64,000 nt of DNA from the human T2T-CHM13v2.0 reference genome, Homo sapiens, in NCBI RefSeq assembly GCF_009914755.1, contig NC_060936.1; one strand, written 5' to 3'. Numbering within the stretch: position 1 is the stretch's first letter; each line of letters begins with the position of its first letter. The notes beneath the pieces were generated by a model. It saw only the letters and a list, made by a program, of their open reading frames with translations, was not told the origin of the DNA and made no database searches. Both the position numbers and the translations under genes were made by a program. Shown here one piece after another: positions 15,977-31,075 of the stretch.

Positions 15977-17429
15977 TAGAGAAGCATATGGTAGGGAACA
16001 GGGAGTAGGAAATGAAGGCTTCAATATAAAGTAAATTCTCAAAAGCATTGTGGCAGTGGTTCTTTATTTGAACACACACCAAAATGCATGACTTTGCTAT
16101 TTCTTCCTTCAAGGTTTATCACAAGCAAAATTCATATGCTTATCAGCTTTGTGTTAGAGGTAGATCTGGGGAACAAAATGGGAGGGAGAAAATAATGAAT
16201 GGAAGTGTAGGAGGAGAGGATTCTGTAAGGAAACAGGAAAGAGCTGGGAGGCAGCAGAAAGGAGGAAAAGGCTTCCAAGTACAAGTCTCTATGTCTACAT
16301 GTGCATGTAAAGAAAGCGATGGCAGAGGAAGGACAACGTTGAGGGTTAGGGCAAGGGACAAAGACTGACATATGCGTGATCTCTTAGGGGAAAGGAGTAG
16401 AGCAATTTGGAACTGAGTTTTCCCTGGCCCAACCATCAGGAATTCAATTAGTGCCTGCAGTGTGGGTCTCGGGCTGGGGAGGCAGTGTGCAAGTGACCAT
16501 GTGTAGAGAAAGAATGTTCACGCGCTGAAAGGAATTCAGGGAGAGGCTGACCTCTATTTCATTTTTCTTTAATTGGCACAAGGAAAGTTCATGGTTTAAA
16601 ATTATGACAAGGATAACATCTTAAAATGCAAACTAAAAGAATCTTCGTGGCAGAGGATTCTTAAACTAGTCCAGGGCAAACAAAAAGCTACTACCTCTGC
16701 ACAGGAGGACCCTGGTGAATAGGCCCAGCCTCCTTGCATCTTTTAAGTACACATTTATTTTCTTCTTTCTAGCTGTTCTATTTCAGCTCAATTTAATAGT
16801 TCCCCTACTGCTTACAACATGACTTCTGATATGCTTGATCTTGAGTAAAATGGCAATTTGGAGCAGCTCGATCTGGGAGTGAGCCCTATGTCTTAAATAC
16901 AGTGGAGGGCTGTTCCCTAGGAACCTGACTCCTCACAGCTCATGGACAGCAAAGCTCACCAACGGATGCTGGTTTTTCTAGCTTGACAACTGCGTGTACT
17001 ATAATCAGACAGACCTGACATTTGGGTTCCTCTAAAATGGCCTTGAATTGTTTTCAAAGCAGTACTTGGTTTAACAGTGGCACAAGCAACAATAACCCAT
17101 CACCATGAGTATCACGAGCCCAGACTGTAAAGCCCAAACAGGAAACAAAGATTTCTTTAACTTCTGAAAATGACAGTCCCCTTTGAAAATAAACATAAAT
17201 TGTCACATTGGCTGCAAACTGTTTAATCAAATGTTTTCTGTGGTTTCAGAGAATACAAAGACAACCCCAAACATGTCAGCACAATTTCTCTCACCAATTT
17301 CTTTGATTCCAGCTTATTGCAACATTAATTATTTCTCAGCGATAAAAGTTGACAAAGGATAGAAGTGGTATCAAATTTAATGAAAACAAATGTCAGTACA
17401 GAAGGCTTTAAAAAAAATTTCTGTATTCT

Positions 17430-17575
17430 GTCTCAAATCTTAACTCTGACCCTAATTAGCTGCATTATCTTGGGCAGGTCGCTAGAGATGTGTAGATTTG
17501 ATTCCTCAACTAGAAAATGAAGGGATTGGATGATTGGATGATAGCAGCTCTCGGACCCCTTCCAGCTCAGGCTGT
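17430..17575 (+). mobile_element. MIR (MIR3/MIRc-like)
   Basis: tcttgggcaggtc...ttcctcaactagaaaatgaagggattgga...cccttccagctc. Confidence 0.6.
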
Positions 17576-20414
17576 GATGCTATTTTTTCAGCTTAAGTTG
17601 TGCCATGACAGGAAACTTTCTTGGCAGTCTGTGGTTGCTTGGGATGCAGTATCCTGCTTCAGGCCTATGCACATCTGTCCTGAACAGGTATCTTACAGCT
17701 GCTCTGGTCCCTCTGATAGAGGCTGCTTAGATGGGAGTGAGTCCAGGGAAATTGCGTACCCAGCTCTACAGAGTTTTTGAAAATCTGCCATATGACTCTT
17801 AGAAGGTTTTCCCATACATTCTGACTACCAAGCCAACTTTACAGACAAACACAAACAGATACTCACAGTCAACACTAATAAATCCTTTGAACATTAATCT
17901 TTTGCTCAGCCCCTGCCCTGCCATGCAGAATTCTTTCAGAACAATAAAGCCAAGTCTGTACTCAGACTGTGAATAAAACATTGATTTTTTTTTAACAATA
18001 ACACATCAGAGGCCTGGTTTACCAGTATTTTTTATTATTATTTGCAGTAATAACCCCTGAGTAAGAATATTTATCAGCAGAAGGAACAAAAACCAAAAAC
18101 AAAAACAAAGAAGAGCATGAAGGAAACATTTATATTTGTCCTTCTGGGGACTAACAGCCACATCTGATGTTAACACTCATCTCAGAATCACCAGCAGAAC
18201 ATCGAGTCCCCTCTTTTTCTGCTCCTGAGAGGCTGAGTTTCTGGTCTCACACCAACATCTTGTCCCACCACAAGAAAGCTTCTCACTAAAAGGCCAGGCT
18301 TCTCCCAACCTGAAACTTCTGGTTCCTGTAGACAGACTAAGGCTAATAGCTGACACGAACTGAGGCCTACTCTATCTCAAATACAGTTAATCCTTCAACC
18401 ATATTTTTTGGAAAATACTCATTATCATCATTCCCTTTTACACATGCAGATATTGGGGCCCAAATAGATTAAATAAACCACCACATGTCAGCACCAGCAT
18501 CACCACGATAGACAGATGCTGATGCCACACAGCTCACAACTTGCCTGGAGCCATCTCTGGTCCTCTGTTCTCCTGCCCTTGAGGGTAGAGTTAGCGTAGC
18601 CAGGATGAAAAGGGATTTAAAAAGTAACAAACAGCATCTTCTAATGTCCTATTTTTCATTCCCAAATATTCTGTCTTTTAGAGAATTGTCTTGTTCAGGC
18701 TCAGGTCTCCGAAGAGAGCTCTGAAAAGTGGATTAATTTGCTTTTCATTTATCTAACAAAGACTCACTCAAGCACCTCTCATGCACAGTGAGTACTGAAC
18801 TGACTATGAAAGAGAAAATAACACCCAGATGTTGTCCATACCCTAGAAGGATTATAATCCAGTGCCTAACAGCCTTTCAAACCTCTGCCACGCCTATTTA
18901 CCTTCCAGTACATCTTCTCTTTGCCTTTGTAACTTTATGCTTATATTAAGAAATTTTTTACTAATTTTTAGTAAATGACTAAATGTAAATGACATTTAGC
19001 AATAGTAAAATGACTATTGCTCTTTTATAACAAAAGAGGAAAGGGGACACTGGCATGCTAATCTATCTTTGATTAATTTCAGATACTTGGATTCTAATAA
19101 ATAGTGTTTTGTTGTAACCAACACTTCCCAAGGGAATATCAAGTGCTAAGATTAAAAAAAAAAAAAAGAAGAACTGAAAAACATCTCTGCCCTGAGGAGA
19201 AGAAAAAAATTTCCTTATCTTCGTTTACTCTCTGAAACTACATGGGGCTGAATAGATTATCTACTTGTGTCTGGAATCACTGGAGTGTTGTTCAGGCTTC
19301 TTCTTCAGTTTGATAAACTATCATAACCACTATAAGCATGTGGACTTTCCAGTTTTGAGAGCCAAGGGGCAACAAGTGACAAGAGGCTATTCCTTCTTAG
19401 GGTAACAATGTTTTGTTAATTTATTTGTTATAAAGCTTTAGTGACTAATAGAGTTCACTGGATAATGACTTTTTTGGAAACCAATTCTCAGAAATTGATA
19501 CATAAATTAAATACTAGGAGTGAATGCATAAAATAAAGTATAAAACAGACCACAGAATTATATTCAGTGAATATTGTGTTCCTAATGTTGATCTCTCTTC
19601 AAGACTTACCTATTTTGTTTTCTGGGTTCTTTTAGCTGTATTTTGAGCTGCTCTTTAGGGCATTATCAGAAGGTGGAGCAGGCTTCATGTCCCATCTCCT
19701 CTTCCAAAGGCACCAATTCTAATTTGTGATTCACAGATTCAGAACGCTAAAACTAGATGCAACATTCGAGGAAATTCTGTAAGCCTTCATTATAAGAACA
19801 ATACGCCCCCACCTGGGAATGTAGTCCTCTTGGAATACACACAGTCTTGAGGGGGAGGCACAGGAGCCATGGAGAGGAAAAGGGGAGTCCCATTAGCCAG
19901 CCAGATCTGCCAGCCAGGGCTGAGGTTTACCCGGGAGGCATATTTTCAGATCACCCTTCCATCTCAGAGAAGGTTCAGGAAGGCAAAGCGACTTGCTCCG
20001 GTTCACGAAGATAATTCATGAAACATCACTCATGGGATTGTTTCCTAGGATGGCCTTCTACCTGGTAAAAGAAAAGAGTAAAATGCATATAGTTATCTTA
20101 GTCATAGTCATCCATGGGTTATTTTCCCAGTTTGCTTGGAAAGAGACTTGGAAACTTACCAGTCACTCTAAAATAAAGTAGATTAACTTACTTTGCAAGG
20201 TGAACACTCCATGGTGAGGCTTTGATGTTGTGGGACCCGCCCAATCCTCACTGACTTCTCACCCTCAGCACACTCTGGGCACCAGGCGAAAGGAACCTGC
20301 CTAATCCAGACTCTCAATTTACAATTCCACTCTGATCTTTTCACCTTGAGCTGGTGCCAATTCTATCAGTTATCTTTGATTATTGCATCACTCTTTAACT
20401 ATCTATTGCAGTGG

Positions 20415-20630
20415 CAGATGCAGGCTTTGAAGCCAGACTTCCTGGGTTTGAATCTTAGCCCTGCCACTATCTAAGGATGAAATTGTGGGCAAATTACTTA
20501 ATCTCTCTGTGTCTTGGCTTCTGAATCTACAACATAGATATAATAATAGTACCTAATTTATAAGAGTTATTATGAGGATTAAAAAAGTTAATACGTGAGC
20601 ACTTAGAACAGTGCCTGGCACAGAATATAC
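20415..20630 (+). mobile_element. MIR (MIRb-like)
   Basis: ggctttgaagccagacttcctgggtttgaatc...gggcaaattacttaatctctctgtg...agaacagtgcctggcaca. Confidence 0.85.
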
Positions 20631-20761
20631 TAAAATAGAAAACTATTTGCTTTGATGAAAGTATATGTTTACCAAAGAGCCCACAGATAATAACAATTAT
20701 TACGATGATGATGTTATAACAATACTTATATACCCGGCACTGTACTTTACACATATTCTGA

Positions 20762-21203
<442 letters not shown>

Positions 21204-21375
21204 CCCTCTCCCTCTCTTTCTTACACTCCTACCGTGTGACGGCTGGCTCCCCTTTCCTTCCACCAGAACTGGAAGCTTCCTGAGGCTCTCAGCAGACGCT
21301 AAGCAGATGCTGGCGCCACATTTCCTGTATAGACTGCAGAACTGTGATAAACCAATTAAACCTCTTTTCTTTATC
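21204..21375 (+). mobile_element. MSTA/MSTB MaLR LTR 3' fragment
   Basis: gaagcttcctgaggc...agcagatgctggcgcca...gcagaactgtga...ccaattaaacctcttttcttta. Confidence 0.8.
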
Positions 21376-22290
21376 AGTGCAAAAAAAGGGGGGCAGAAAA
21401 TTAACACCAGAGAACTTAAACAACTTGCTCATGATCACTTGGGTAGAAAGAAGCAGAGCCAGGGTCTGAACTAGGATCTGTCTTGGTATCTTTCCAATCT
21501 CTCCAGAAAAGGGTCTTAGAGTTCTTTTTATAAATCAGTTGTCTCACTTCCCATACAGGTCAGGAAGGCTGGGCTCTCTGCAGAGACTGAAGAGCAACAG
21601 GAAGTGAAAGCTTTCTCTTGGAAGGTGGTAGGGGTGAGATGATGACCCCGTAAATGTCTTAACTAGCTCACCCCCTGCCTTCCACCATGCCACATGGTGC
21701 CCATGCAGACTGTGCTGCTGGGGGCCAACCCAGGTCCCTTGCTTAGCCAATTACAGTATCAGATGCTCTGATTCCAGCCAAAGTGGTAGCATTTCTCATT
21801 TCTGTATCAGTAGTTCTTGGAGTCATTTAATTCTACCCCAGCCTTGGAGTAAAGGGAATTTCTTTTCCTTTCCCAGAGCAAAAAAAAAAAAAAAAAGGAA
21901 AAAAATACGATTTTTCTCTGTTCCTTCAGAGCCCACAGTAGCCGATTATCTTGCCACTCTTGCCCCACACCCACCCATCCTGTTGTCAATGTCTGAAATG
22001 GTGTCTTCAGCAGAAGGTCTGGGGCTGGTGAAGGGCCTGGGGAGGGAAGAGAAGGGGGTACTGAGGTTGTTGGAGGTATGCCAAGCTCCTGTCCCACCTC
22101 TGGAGCTTCCTGTCCACCTCCTCCACTCCCTCTCTGCACCTGAAGCCTTCACCCAGCACCTCCCAGGACAACCTCTAGGCACTCCTGTGAAATTCAGGTG
22201 AATCAAGTACATGGTCTTCGTTTTTCCCAAAAAAAACCATCCGAAGTATCCTTGCTGGGTATAGCTCATCAAGCTAAATTTAGGAAGGAG

Positions 22291-22485
22291 GGCCAGGCGT
22301 GATAGCTCATGCCTATAATCCCAGCACTTTGGGAGGCTGAGGCAGGTGGATCGCTTGATGCCAGGAATTCAAGATCAGTCTGAGCAACACGGCAAAACCC
22401 CTTCTCTACCAAAAATACAAAAATTAGCCACTCATAACTCAGTCTCAAAATAAATAAAAATTTTAAAATAAAATAAATTTTAAAA
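22291..22485 (+). mobile_element. Alu with most of the right arm missing
   Basis: Left arm and linker, then cagtctcaaaa tail; TSD TTTA(G/A)GAAGG. Confidence 0.85.
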
Positions 22486-23150
22486 ATTGATTTAAGAAGG
22501 GGAAGAGCATGGGAAGGATGTCTACTCTCTTCCCCCTCCCTATATTATTTAACTGTCAAACTACTAGAAAATGTCAGGGAAATTGAAGTTGAATGTTGTT
22601 ATATGAAAAGTGGTGGAAAAACTGTCTGAAGAGGGACAGAGGTGACTGCAGAGGAGGCTAGGGAAGATAGCAGTCCTAGTAGGCAGCAGGTATTGGCAGA
22701 GGAAAGATAAGCAGGCAAGCATATTTCTAGGGCTAGTGGGAGGCAAGAAAGAAGGAGACAGGCAAGTAGGCCTCAGACATAAACCTTAACCCAAGGCTCC
22801 TCTTGTCCCATCCCAGACTGTCTAGACCTATCCTAAATTTTCCTAACATCCTCAGTTCTTCCCCTATTGGGCACCTTGTCTCAGTCCCAGAAGCCACCAC
22901 CAGCTGCCACTCCATGGCACAAAGGGTGGGTGAGGGGAGACAGGGTTCCTAAGCCCAGTTAGGAGATGTATTCTTTCCATCTGTAGCTGTGTTTTTTTTT
23001 TCCTAGTTATTCTTTGAATATATATTCTTTTACAAACAAGGTCATGGATGTTGTTTGGCTGCTGCAGTACTTTCCATAGTATGCTTTGCTTGTTATAGGA
23101 TTATTAGGGGTTGGTCTGCAGCTGTTAACCCATATATGAGAGTGTTCCCA

Positions 23151-24093
23151 TGTGTAGTGAATAAGTGATGCCCTGCCCAGATCCCCTTCTTGGTGTGGTA
23201 CACATCCCTAGCTGTGGGATTAGTTGCTCTTGGCAGGTTACCCTTGCCCTTCAGGGAACAGAAGTTCCTTCCCTGGGGGTTATCACTGACCCACTGCCAG
23301 TGAGTGACTGACAATGGGGGTACAAAAGGCCAGGCTCCTTGCCTCAAGGGGACCAACTCTATGGTGCCACTCTTGCTCTAGGGTTCTGTCTTAGTCTGTT
23401 TTGTGTTGCTAAAAAGGAATGCTCGAAGCTGAGTAATTTATAAAGAATGGGTAATTTATAAAGAATTTATAAAGAATGTTTTGTGTTGCTATAAAGGAAT
23501 GCCCAAGGCTGGGTAATTTATAAAGAGGTTTATTTGGCTCATGGTTCTGCAAACTGTACAAGAAGCGTGGCACCAGCACTTGCTGCTGGTTGGGACCTCA
23601 GGCTGCTTCCACTCATGGCCAAAGGTGAAGAGGAGCCCATGTGTACAGAGATTACATGTGAGAGAGAAAGCCAGCAGTGGGGAGTCGGTAAAGGGGTGGA
23701 GCGCATCAGGCTCTTTTTAACAATCAGCTCTCTCAGGTACTAACAGAGGAAGAACTCACTTCTTCCCACTACCCAGGGAGGGCATTCACCTGTTCATGAG
23801 ACATCTATCCCATAACCCAAACACTGCCCATTAGGCCTTACTTCCAACACTGGGGATCAAATTTCAACTTGAGGTTTGGGAGGACAAACATCCAAACTAT
23901 AGCAGGTTCCCCACAGGATCAGATCAAAGCCAGTCTCCAGCTGGGGCCACACCTTTTTTTTTTTTTTTTAGCTTTATCCTCTTGCTCCATTCTACCTCCC
24001 ACATTCCCCTCTCCTGAGAGACCATTCTCAATAAGACATTTGAACAAGAATCTCTGTCTCAGGCTCCTCTTGCAGGAAATCTGACCTATAACA
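23151..24093 (+). mobile_element. LTR16-type ERVL LTR split by an MST LTR
   Basis: gatgccctgcccagatcccctt...gggggtacaaaaggcc...ccttgcctcaagggga; 3' part ctcaataag...ctctgtctcaggctc...ctataaca. Confidence 0.75.
23387..23904 (-). mobile_element. MSTB-type MaLR solo LTR
   Basis: TGTCTTAGTCTGTTTTGTGTTGCT...CCAAACTATAGCA; 5-bp TSD GGTTC at 23382-23386 and 23905-23909. Confidence 0.9.
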
Positions 24094-25560
24094 CATGCTT
24101 ATTCACGTTTATTAGAAGACCTTTTTCGTCACCACGGTCACGATACATCACTGGGTAAACCAAAGGTGAGATGGGAAGCAGCTTGATGGGACCCTCAAAC
24201 CAAACTTTTACATACAAACCAATTCAACTGAAAATATGCCTAATATCTGTTATCTTGTTGACACTAACCACATTCTATCAGATCCGAGATGAAGATTTAT
24301 TTATTCAAAGGTAAATTTTTTCTCACTACAGAATATGAAGTATACTTATTAAAAAGAAGTAGCTATATAGAATTTATTATTAACACATTTGTTATAGTTA
24401 TTTAAAATGTGGCTGGATGATTCCAAATTATCTCGTAATAATTATTCTTGCTATGAAAGTACAAATGTCACATTTTAAAATCAGTTCCTGGGTGGTTTTT
24501 TTTCCCCCCCATGAACTATAAACTCTGCTATTAAGGATGGTTGAGTCCCTGATAAAGAGGCTCTGGTTAATCTAGCAGGGTTTTAAAACAGATCAGATTT
24601 CCAGTTTGCAACTAATATAAATATAATTAAATACATGAAGGAAAAAGCAGAACATAATTTAATCTTCTGCTATGATTCACAAGTCATGTCAGGGTCATCA
24701 TTATAAACCTCAATTACAGTACTGCAGAAATGTAGTGAGATTGGTGAGTGGCATTTAGGTTGAAAGAAAGCTAGATAGACCAGATTTTATTGCATGTATT
24801 TACAAAGATGGAATGCCATAACATCTGGTACCTCATCCACTGTTTTTCCTCCAATATTCTTATCCTAGCATAGGTTCTTGTAGAGTCCCCCATACTTAAT
24901 CTCAGCTGACTAAATCCATTTTTCTAGCCTACAATGAAAGAATCATGAATTTTTAATTTTCATGGAATTATTCTCTCAAATAACTTCCACCTAAAGAAGG
25001 ATCCAATCATAGTTTAAATCCGATTTCTTAATGTATTTCAATGTATTCTCTTTGGTACAATCTGTTATATTTTCCATTTATGGTTTATGCTTTCTATGCT
25101 ATATTTTATTAACCAAATATACTGATCATCATCTTCCTGACCCATGAGATTATCTGAGTGTCTTTTAAGGGGTTGTTTATGATTCGGTAACTAAACATTT
25201 TTCTTTTTTTTTTTTAAGAAGAAACTATCATTAAATGAGTAATTCCTATAATCTGAGAACTGTTTGCTGTTTCTAAAAAGATCCTTTGTATTGGTCAAAT
25301 ACATCACAATATTTATAAAAGTTTGCAGTGTTTCAGTACGTAAACTAAATTTTCATTAGGAACGAGAAAGAATACTATATTTACTAAGTTAACACATATA
25401 TACACTGAAGATGAGAGGTGATATAATTTATTTTTCTTTTCCATCCAAATTATCAGTAACAGTGGCTAAATGGCAAGATAGGCTAAAAAACTCTAAGTGA
25501 CCCAATTTTACAAATTAAAGAAGTAAGTAAACATTAGAATGAATACAGTTAAACAGGAGA

Positions 25561-25594
25561 GGCTGGGCACAGTGGCTCACACCTGTAATCCCAG
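25561..25594 (+). mobile_element. Isolated 34-bp Alu 5' end
   Basis: GGCTGGGCACAGTGGCTCACACCTGTAATCCCAG abruptly joined to ERV sequence. Confidence 0.85.
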
Positions 25595-26310
<716 letters not shown>

Positions 26311-26509
26311 CTTTTCCAATTCTATTGTTCACAGAAGCATAAGCAAGAAAAAATTAAGAGGTTATGAGTCTCATGACGGCAGAGAAGTCTTGATCTGTGA
26401 TCTTGGGAAAGCTGTCCATGACTATGGTGCTGTCTGCTTCTGGAGAAAAACGTCTCTCTGTTCAGCTTTACCTTAAAGTCTCCAATAGATATACAGTTCC
26501 AAGAGTCTA

Positions 26510-27200
26510 GAGGTGCCCCTCTGAGTTGTGAGATTATGGACCCATAATTCAACGTCTCAAAGTTTTGCTACATGTGGGCAGTAAGGGCAGTCTTTCTCTG
26601 ATACTATTCCCAGAAGACACAGTCTCCAGATTCTAGATCATGAAGGGTTTGATTGTCCTTAGTTAGTGGATCAGGAAAAGCTTCCTTGACCTGGTGAAAA
26701 TACACATTAACATAATGCATTGAGGCCTCACAGCATTTAGTCCTATCAGAGTTTAGGAGCAGAAGATACATGAGGTTCTAAAATTAGGAGCACAGGCTTT
26801 CCAGTGACTATTTCATTGTCTTCTATTGGAAGCGGATCTGCAATATGTTTGACTATGACAATCCAGTCAATTCAGTTAGCTTTGCCTAATGCTATGACAC
26901 CTAAAAAAAACCTTATTAAACTGTTTTACAACTTGTCCAGTCAAACAAGTACCTTTATTGCTAGAGATTTCTCCAGGAATGCCCCATGGGGGAAAACACA
27001 TTTCCTACTAACCTTTTAGCTACTGTAATAACAGCATCAGCCTCCTTGCATGGGAAAGCTTCTATACAACCAAAAAACATGCAATGAAAATGGCAATTGA
27101 ATGAAATCCCTCTCTATATATTCAAATAGCCCATCAGGTAGCAGAAATGTACCTGAAGTTTTGAATGTATTTCCAGGATTGTGAGCATGACAAACCAAAT
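26510..27200 (-). pseudogene. Decayed retroviral integrase remnant
   Basis: Manual minus-strand translation: VCHAHNPG...LFEYIERDFIQLP / CMFFGCIEAFPCKEADAVITVAKR / PWGIPGEISSNKGT; later WVH.SQL-like C-terminal motif; frameshifted. Confidence 0.8.
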
Positions 27201-27851
27201 GTTGGTCATAAACCATTTTCGCAATTTAGAACATTCACCACACCAATATGTGTATTTTAAATCTGGATCATTTTCTCTCTTCAGTGATAACTTATAAAGT
27301 GCAGAGCCTTTAATAATGGAAGCTTTAAGGGCTCAGGAAGACCCAAGCAGCCATTTAGGCTTTCCATGAATCTATGATTAACATTGGATTTAAGTATCAA
27401 TTCTGTTTCTCCAATTCAGGTGCATAGCACTGTTTATTAAATGGGTCATCATAGGAAATTTGACTAGGATCATGGAGTTCATTCAAACTACACATCTTAA
27501 CGATTTCGGTGCTGACTGATTTAGCATGAAAATCTCTGGCACAGTATTTCCTTGGTATTCAATTAATTCTTTTCCTGCTTGGATTAATAAATAGTCAGTC
27601 TCTTCATGAGTTCTGGGAATTCTTACCCAGTCCAAATGATATGATCATAAAGCTATCAGAAACATGTATTCAAGAGTTCTTTCCATCCTTTCCATGAGTC
27701 TCCTTGAAGGCACAATTCTCTAGGATTTTACTTGCTTATAAAGAGTTTTCAGAAATGCATCAAAATTAGGCAACTCACTGTGGAAATGACTCAAAATGGT
27801 CATGGTTAAAGACACAATTGACAAGAAAGTTTATTTCTGCAGCCTATGATG

Positions 27852-28174
27852 TTTTGCTTTTTTGTTGTTGTTGTTGTTGTTGACAGGGTCTCCCTCTGTT
27901 GTCCAGGCTAAAGTGCAGTGGCACAATCACAGCTCACAGCAGCCTCAACCTCTCAACTTCCTGGACTCAAGTGATCCTCCCGTCTCAGCCTCCCCAGTAG
28001 CTGGGAACACAGATGTGCAACACCATGCCTGGGTAACTTTTAAAAAAGATTTTTGTAGAGATGGGGGTCTCACCATGTTGTCCAGGCTGATCTCAAATTC
28101 CTGGGCTTAAGCAATCCTCCTGCCTTTGCCTCCCAAAGTGCTGGGTTTACAGGCATGAACCACTGCCCCTGGCC
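27852..28174 (-). mobile_element. Alu (AluJ) with (TTG)n tail
   Basis: Reverse Alu; TSD AGCCTAT. Confidence 0.9.
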
Positions 28175-28953
28175 AGCCTATAACAATTTAACATAATTGT
28201 AATTATGACTAATAACATACAGCAAGACATACCAGATTTTTAGGAATCTCATACAACTTTGGAATACAAAATAATGTATCCATAAAAATATAACTCGAAG
28301 GAAGTTAAACATCATTTCTTATTTGACAATGTTTCCCATATAATTTAATATATCAAATAATCTTGTTTATTATCTCTCTTTTGGATGCTGCAAGGGCCCT
28401 CTGTAACATCCCAAAGTTGGTTTGAGGTCAAAAAGACTTAATTTTGAACTTGAAATTTAATTTTGAAAAGCCTGTCAAATACATCAAAGGTTTAAAACAC
28501 TTAACCAAAATAGGAACAGAGGTCACTTTAAAATAATAGTCATTCATTTAGCCAAAGTGATAATTAAAAGGTTTTAAAAAGCAAAAACCTTTATCCTTTG
28601 ATAGAGAGGAGACTCAATTTAAATAACCAAAAGACCCACTAGAGACAGCAAGAGGCAGAATTTTGACAGAATTGGTCTCTCCTCTCTTCTCTCTCTCTCT
28701 CTTTTTACAGTTTATGTAAAAGTCGAATAAAAATCTTTTACTAACTCTTATTAATTCTACATTAAAATCTTATGCAAAAGATAACCAGTTTTACTTTTGT
28801 ATTAACGTATTACAAACACTATAGTCAATTTTAATAAAACCTTATAAACAAATCCATTTAATCTCAGTCAGCTTTTGACCACACAAGATTTCCATAAACC
28901 TTTTATAATCTGACAAAACTTTTTCTTCTATTTTCTGAACTGTTTATACTTAG

Positions 28954-29319
<366 letters not shown>

Positions 29320-29460
29320 ACACACCTTTTTATGCCTTTACCACTTTCCTTACCAAAAAAGTATCTTGCTTTTCTTTATAAACCCCATATGCAGAATTGT
29401 TAACCCTGATTTCTTGTGAAAACTTAGGAAGTAAGTAATTTTGAACTGTTTCACGTAAGG

Positions 29461-29757
29461 TTTTTGGGTTTGTTTTTTGAGACAGGGTCTCATTCTGTTG
29501 CCTGGGCTAGAATGCAGTGGCGCAGTCACAGCTCACTGCAGCCTTGACCTCCTGGGCTCCAGCAATCCCCCAACCTCAGCCTCCTGAGTAGCTGGGACAG
29601 GCATGCGCACCACTCCCAGCTAATTTTCTGTATGTTTTGTAGAGAGAGGATTTTACCATGTTGCCCAGGCTGGTCTTGAAATCCTGGGCTCAAGCAATTC
29701 ACCTGCCTTGGCTTCCCAAAATCCTGGGATTACAGGCATGAGCCACCACACCTGGCC
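29461..29757 (-). mobile_element. Alu (AluJ)
   Basis: Reverse Alu with J features. Confidence 0.92.
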
Positions 29758-30332
29758 TATAAGTATTTATTGATGAAAATAATTTCATAATATTTTAGAA
29801 AGATGTTTTAATTTTTTGTTTATTAACAAATCTGAATATAACTAGCTTTTCTATGCCACACAAAAATAAGATGCCAACATATATAAACTTATGTTTAATA
29901 ATCTTTCAGATTTTTAACTTATTTAGAAATCACTCGGTTATCTCATAATCATCTATTACTTATTGTAATATAACATAATTTTAAGATTTTAAATTACTTA
30001 AAATAATTTAGAAACTAACACAGGTATATTCCCTAATGTCTTCCCTAGCAGTCCTGGGTTCTGAGTACTCACATGGTACCTAGGACAGCTACGAGGGCTG
30101 GGCCATTCTGAGTCCTGAAATTACGCTCCAGGTATACAACTCAGGACACAGTACACAGTTTTAAAGAGGATGCCTGGAGGATCTGATCACTCCCAGGATG
30201 ACCAAGAAGGGGTGACTCTTGGGCGTGACTCTGCTTTGAAGTTACTGGTCTAGGCAGTGAGGACATGACCCTAAGCCTCACCATGGCCACCTGTCCAGAC
30301 TCCAGAAGCTCAAAACCAAACACAAGCTCACA

Positions 30333-30645
30333 GGCTGGGCATGGTGGCTTATGCCTTTAATCTCAGCACTGGCCAAGGTGGGCAGATCACCTGAGGTCAG
30401 GAGTTCGAGACCAGCCTGGCCAACATGGCAAAACCCCATCTCTACTAAAAGTACAAAAAGTAGCTGGGCATGGTGGCACGTGCTTGTAATCCCAGCTGCT
30501 TAGGAGGCTGAGGCAAGAGAATTGCTTGAACCCAGGAGGCAGAGGTTACGGTGAGCCAAGATTGCTCCACTGCACTCGAGCCTGGGCAATAAGAGTGAGA
30601 CTCTGTTTCAAAAACAAAACAAAACAAAACAAACAAAAAACAAAG
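30333..30645 (+). mobile_element. Alu (AluS) with (CAAAA)n tail
   Basis: Alu consensus; TSD AGCTCACAG. Confidence 0.92.
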
Positions 30646-30719
30646 ACCAGCTCACAGTAAAATGTGTGCAAGGCTTGGGGGAGCAAATCAAATAAGTGTT
30701 AAAAATATTACAGAATCAA

Positions 30720-30821
30720 GGCCAGGAATGGTGGCTCATGCCTGTAATCCCAGCACTCTGAAGATCTCGAGGTCACAAGCTCAAGACCAGCCTGGGCAAC
30801 ATAGTGAAACCCTGTCTTTAA

Positions 30822-30909
<88 letters not shown>

Positions 30910-31075
30910 TGAGTGTGGTGGCACGTGCCTGTGGTTCCAGCTACATGGGAAACTGAGGTGGGAGGGTTGCTTGAGCCCATGAGGCTCAAGATTGCAGTAA
31001 GATATGATCACACTACTGCACTCCAGCCTGGGTAACACAGGAAAACTTTGTCTCTAAAAAAAAAAATAAAAAAAG
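30720..31075 (+). mobile_element. Alu (AluJ) with expanded central linker
   Basis: Alu arms flank a compound STR; TSD CAGAATCA. Confidence 0.88.
30820..30908. repeat. Compound microsatellite A20-(TA)14-(GA)16-(GCGA)2
   Basis: Read directly. Confidence 0.95.
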
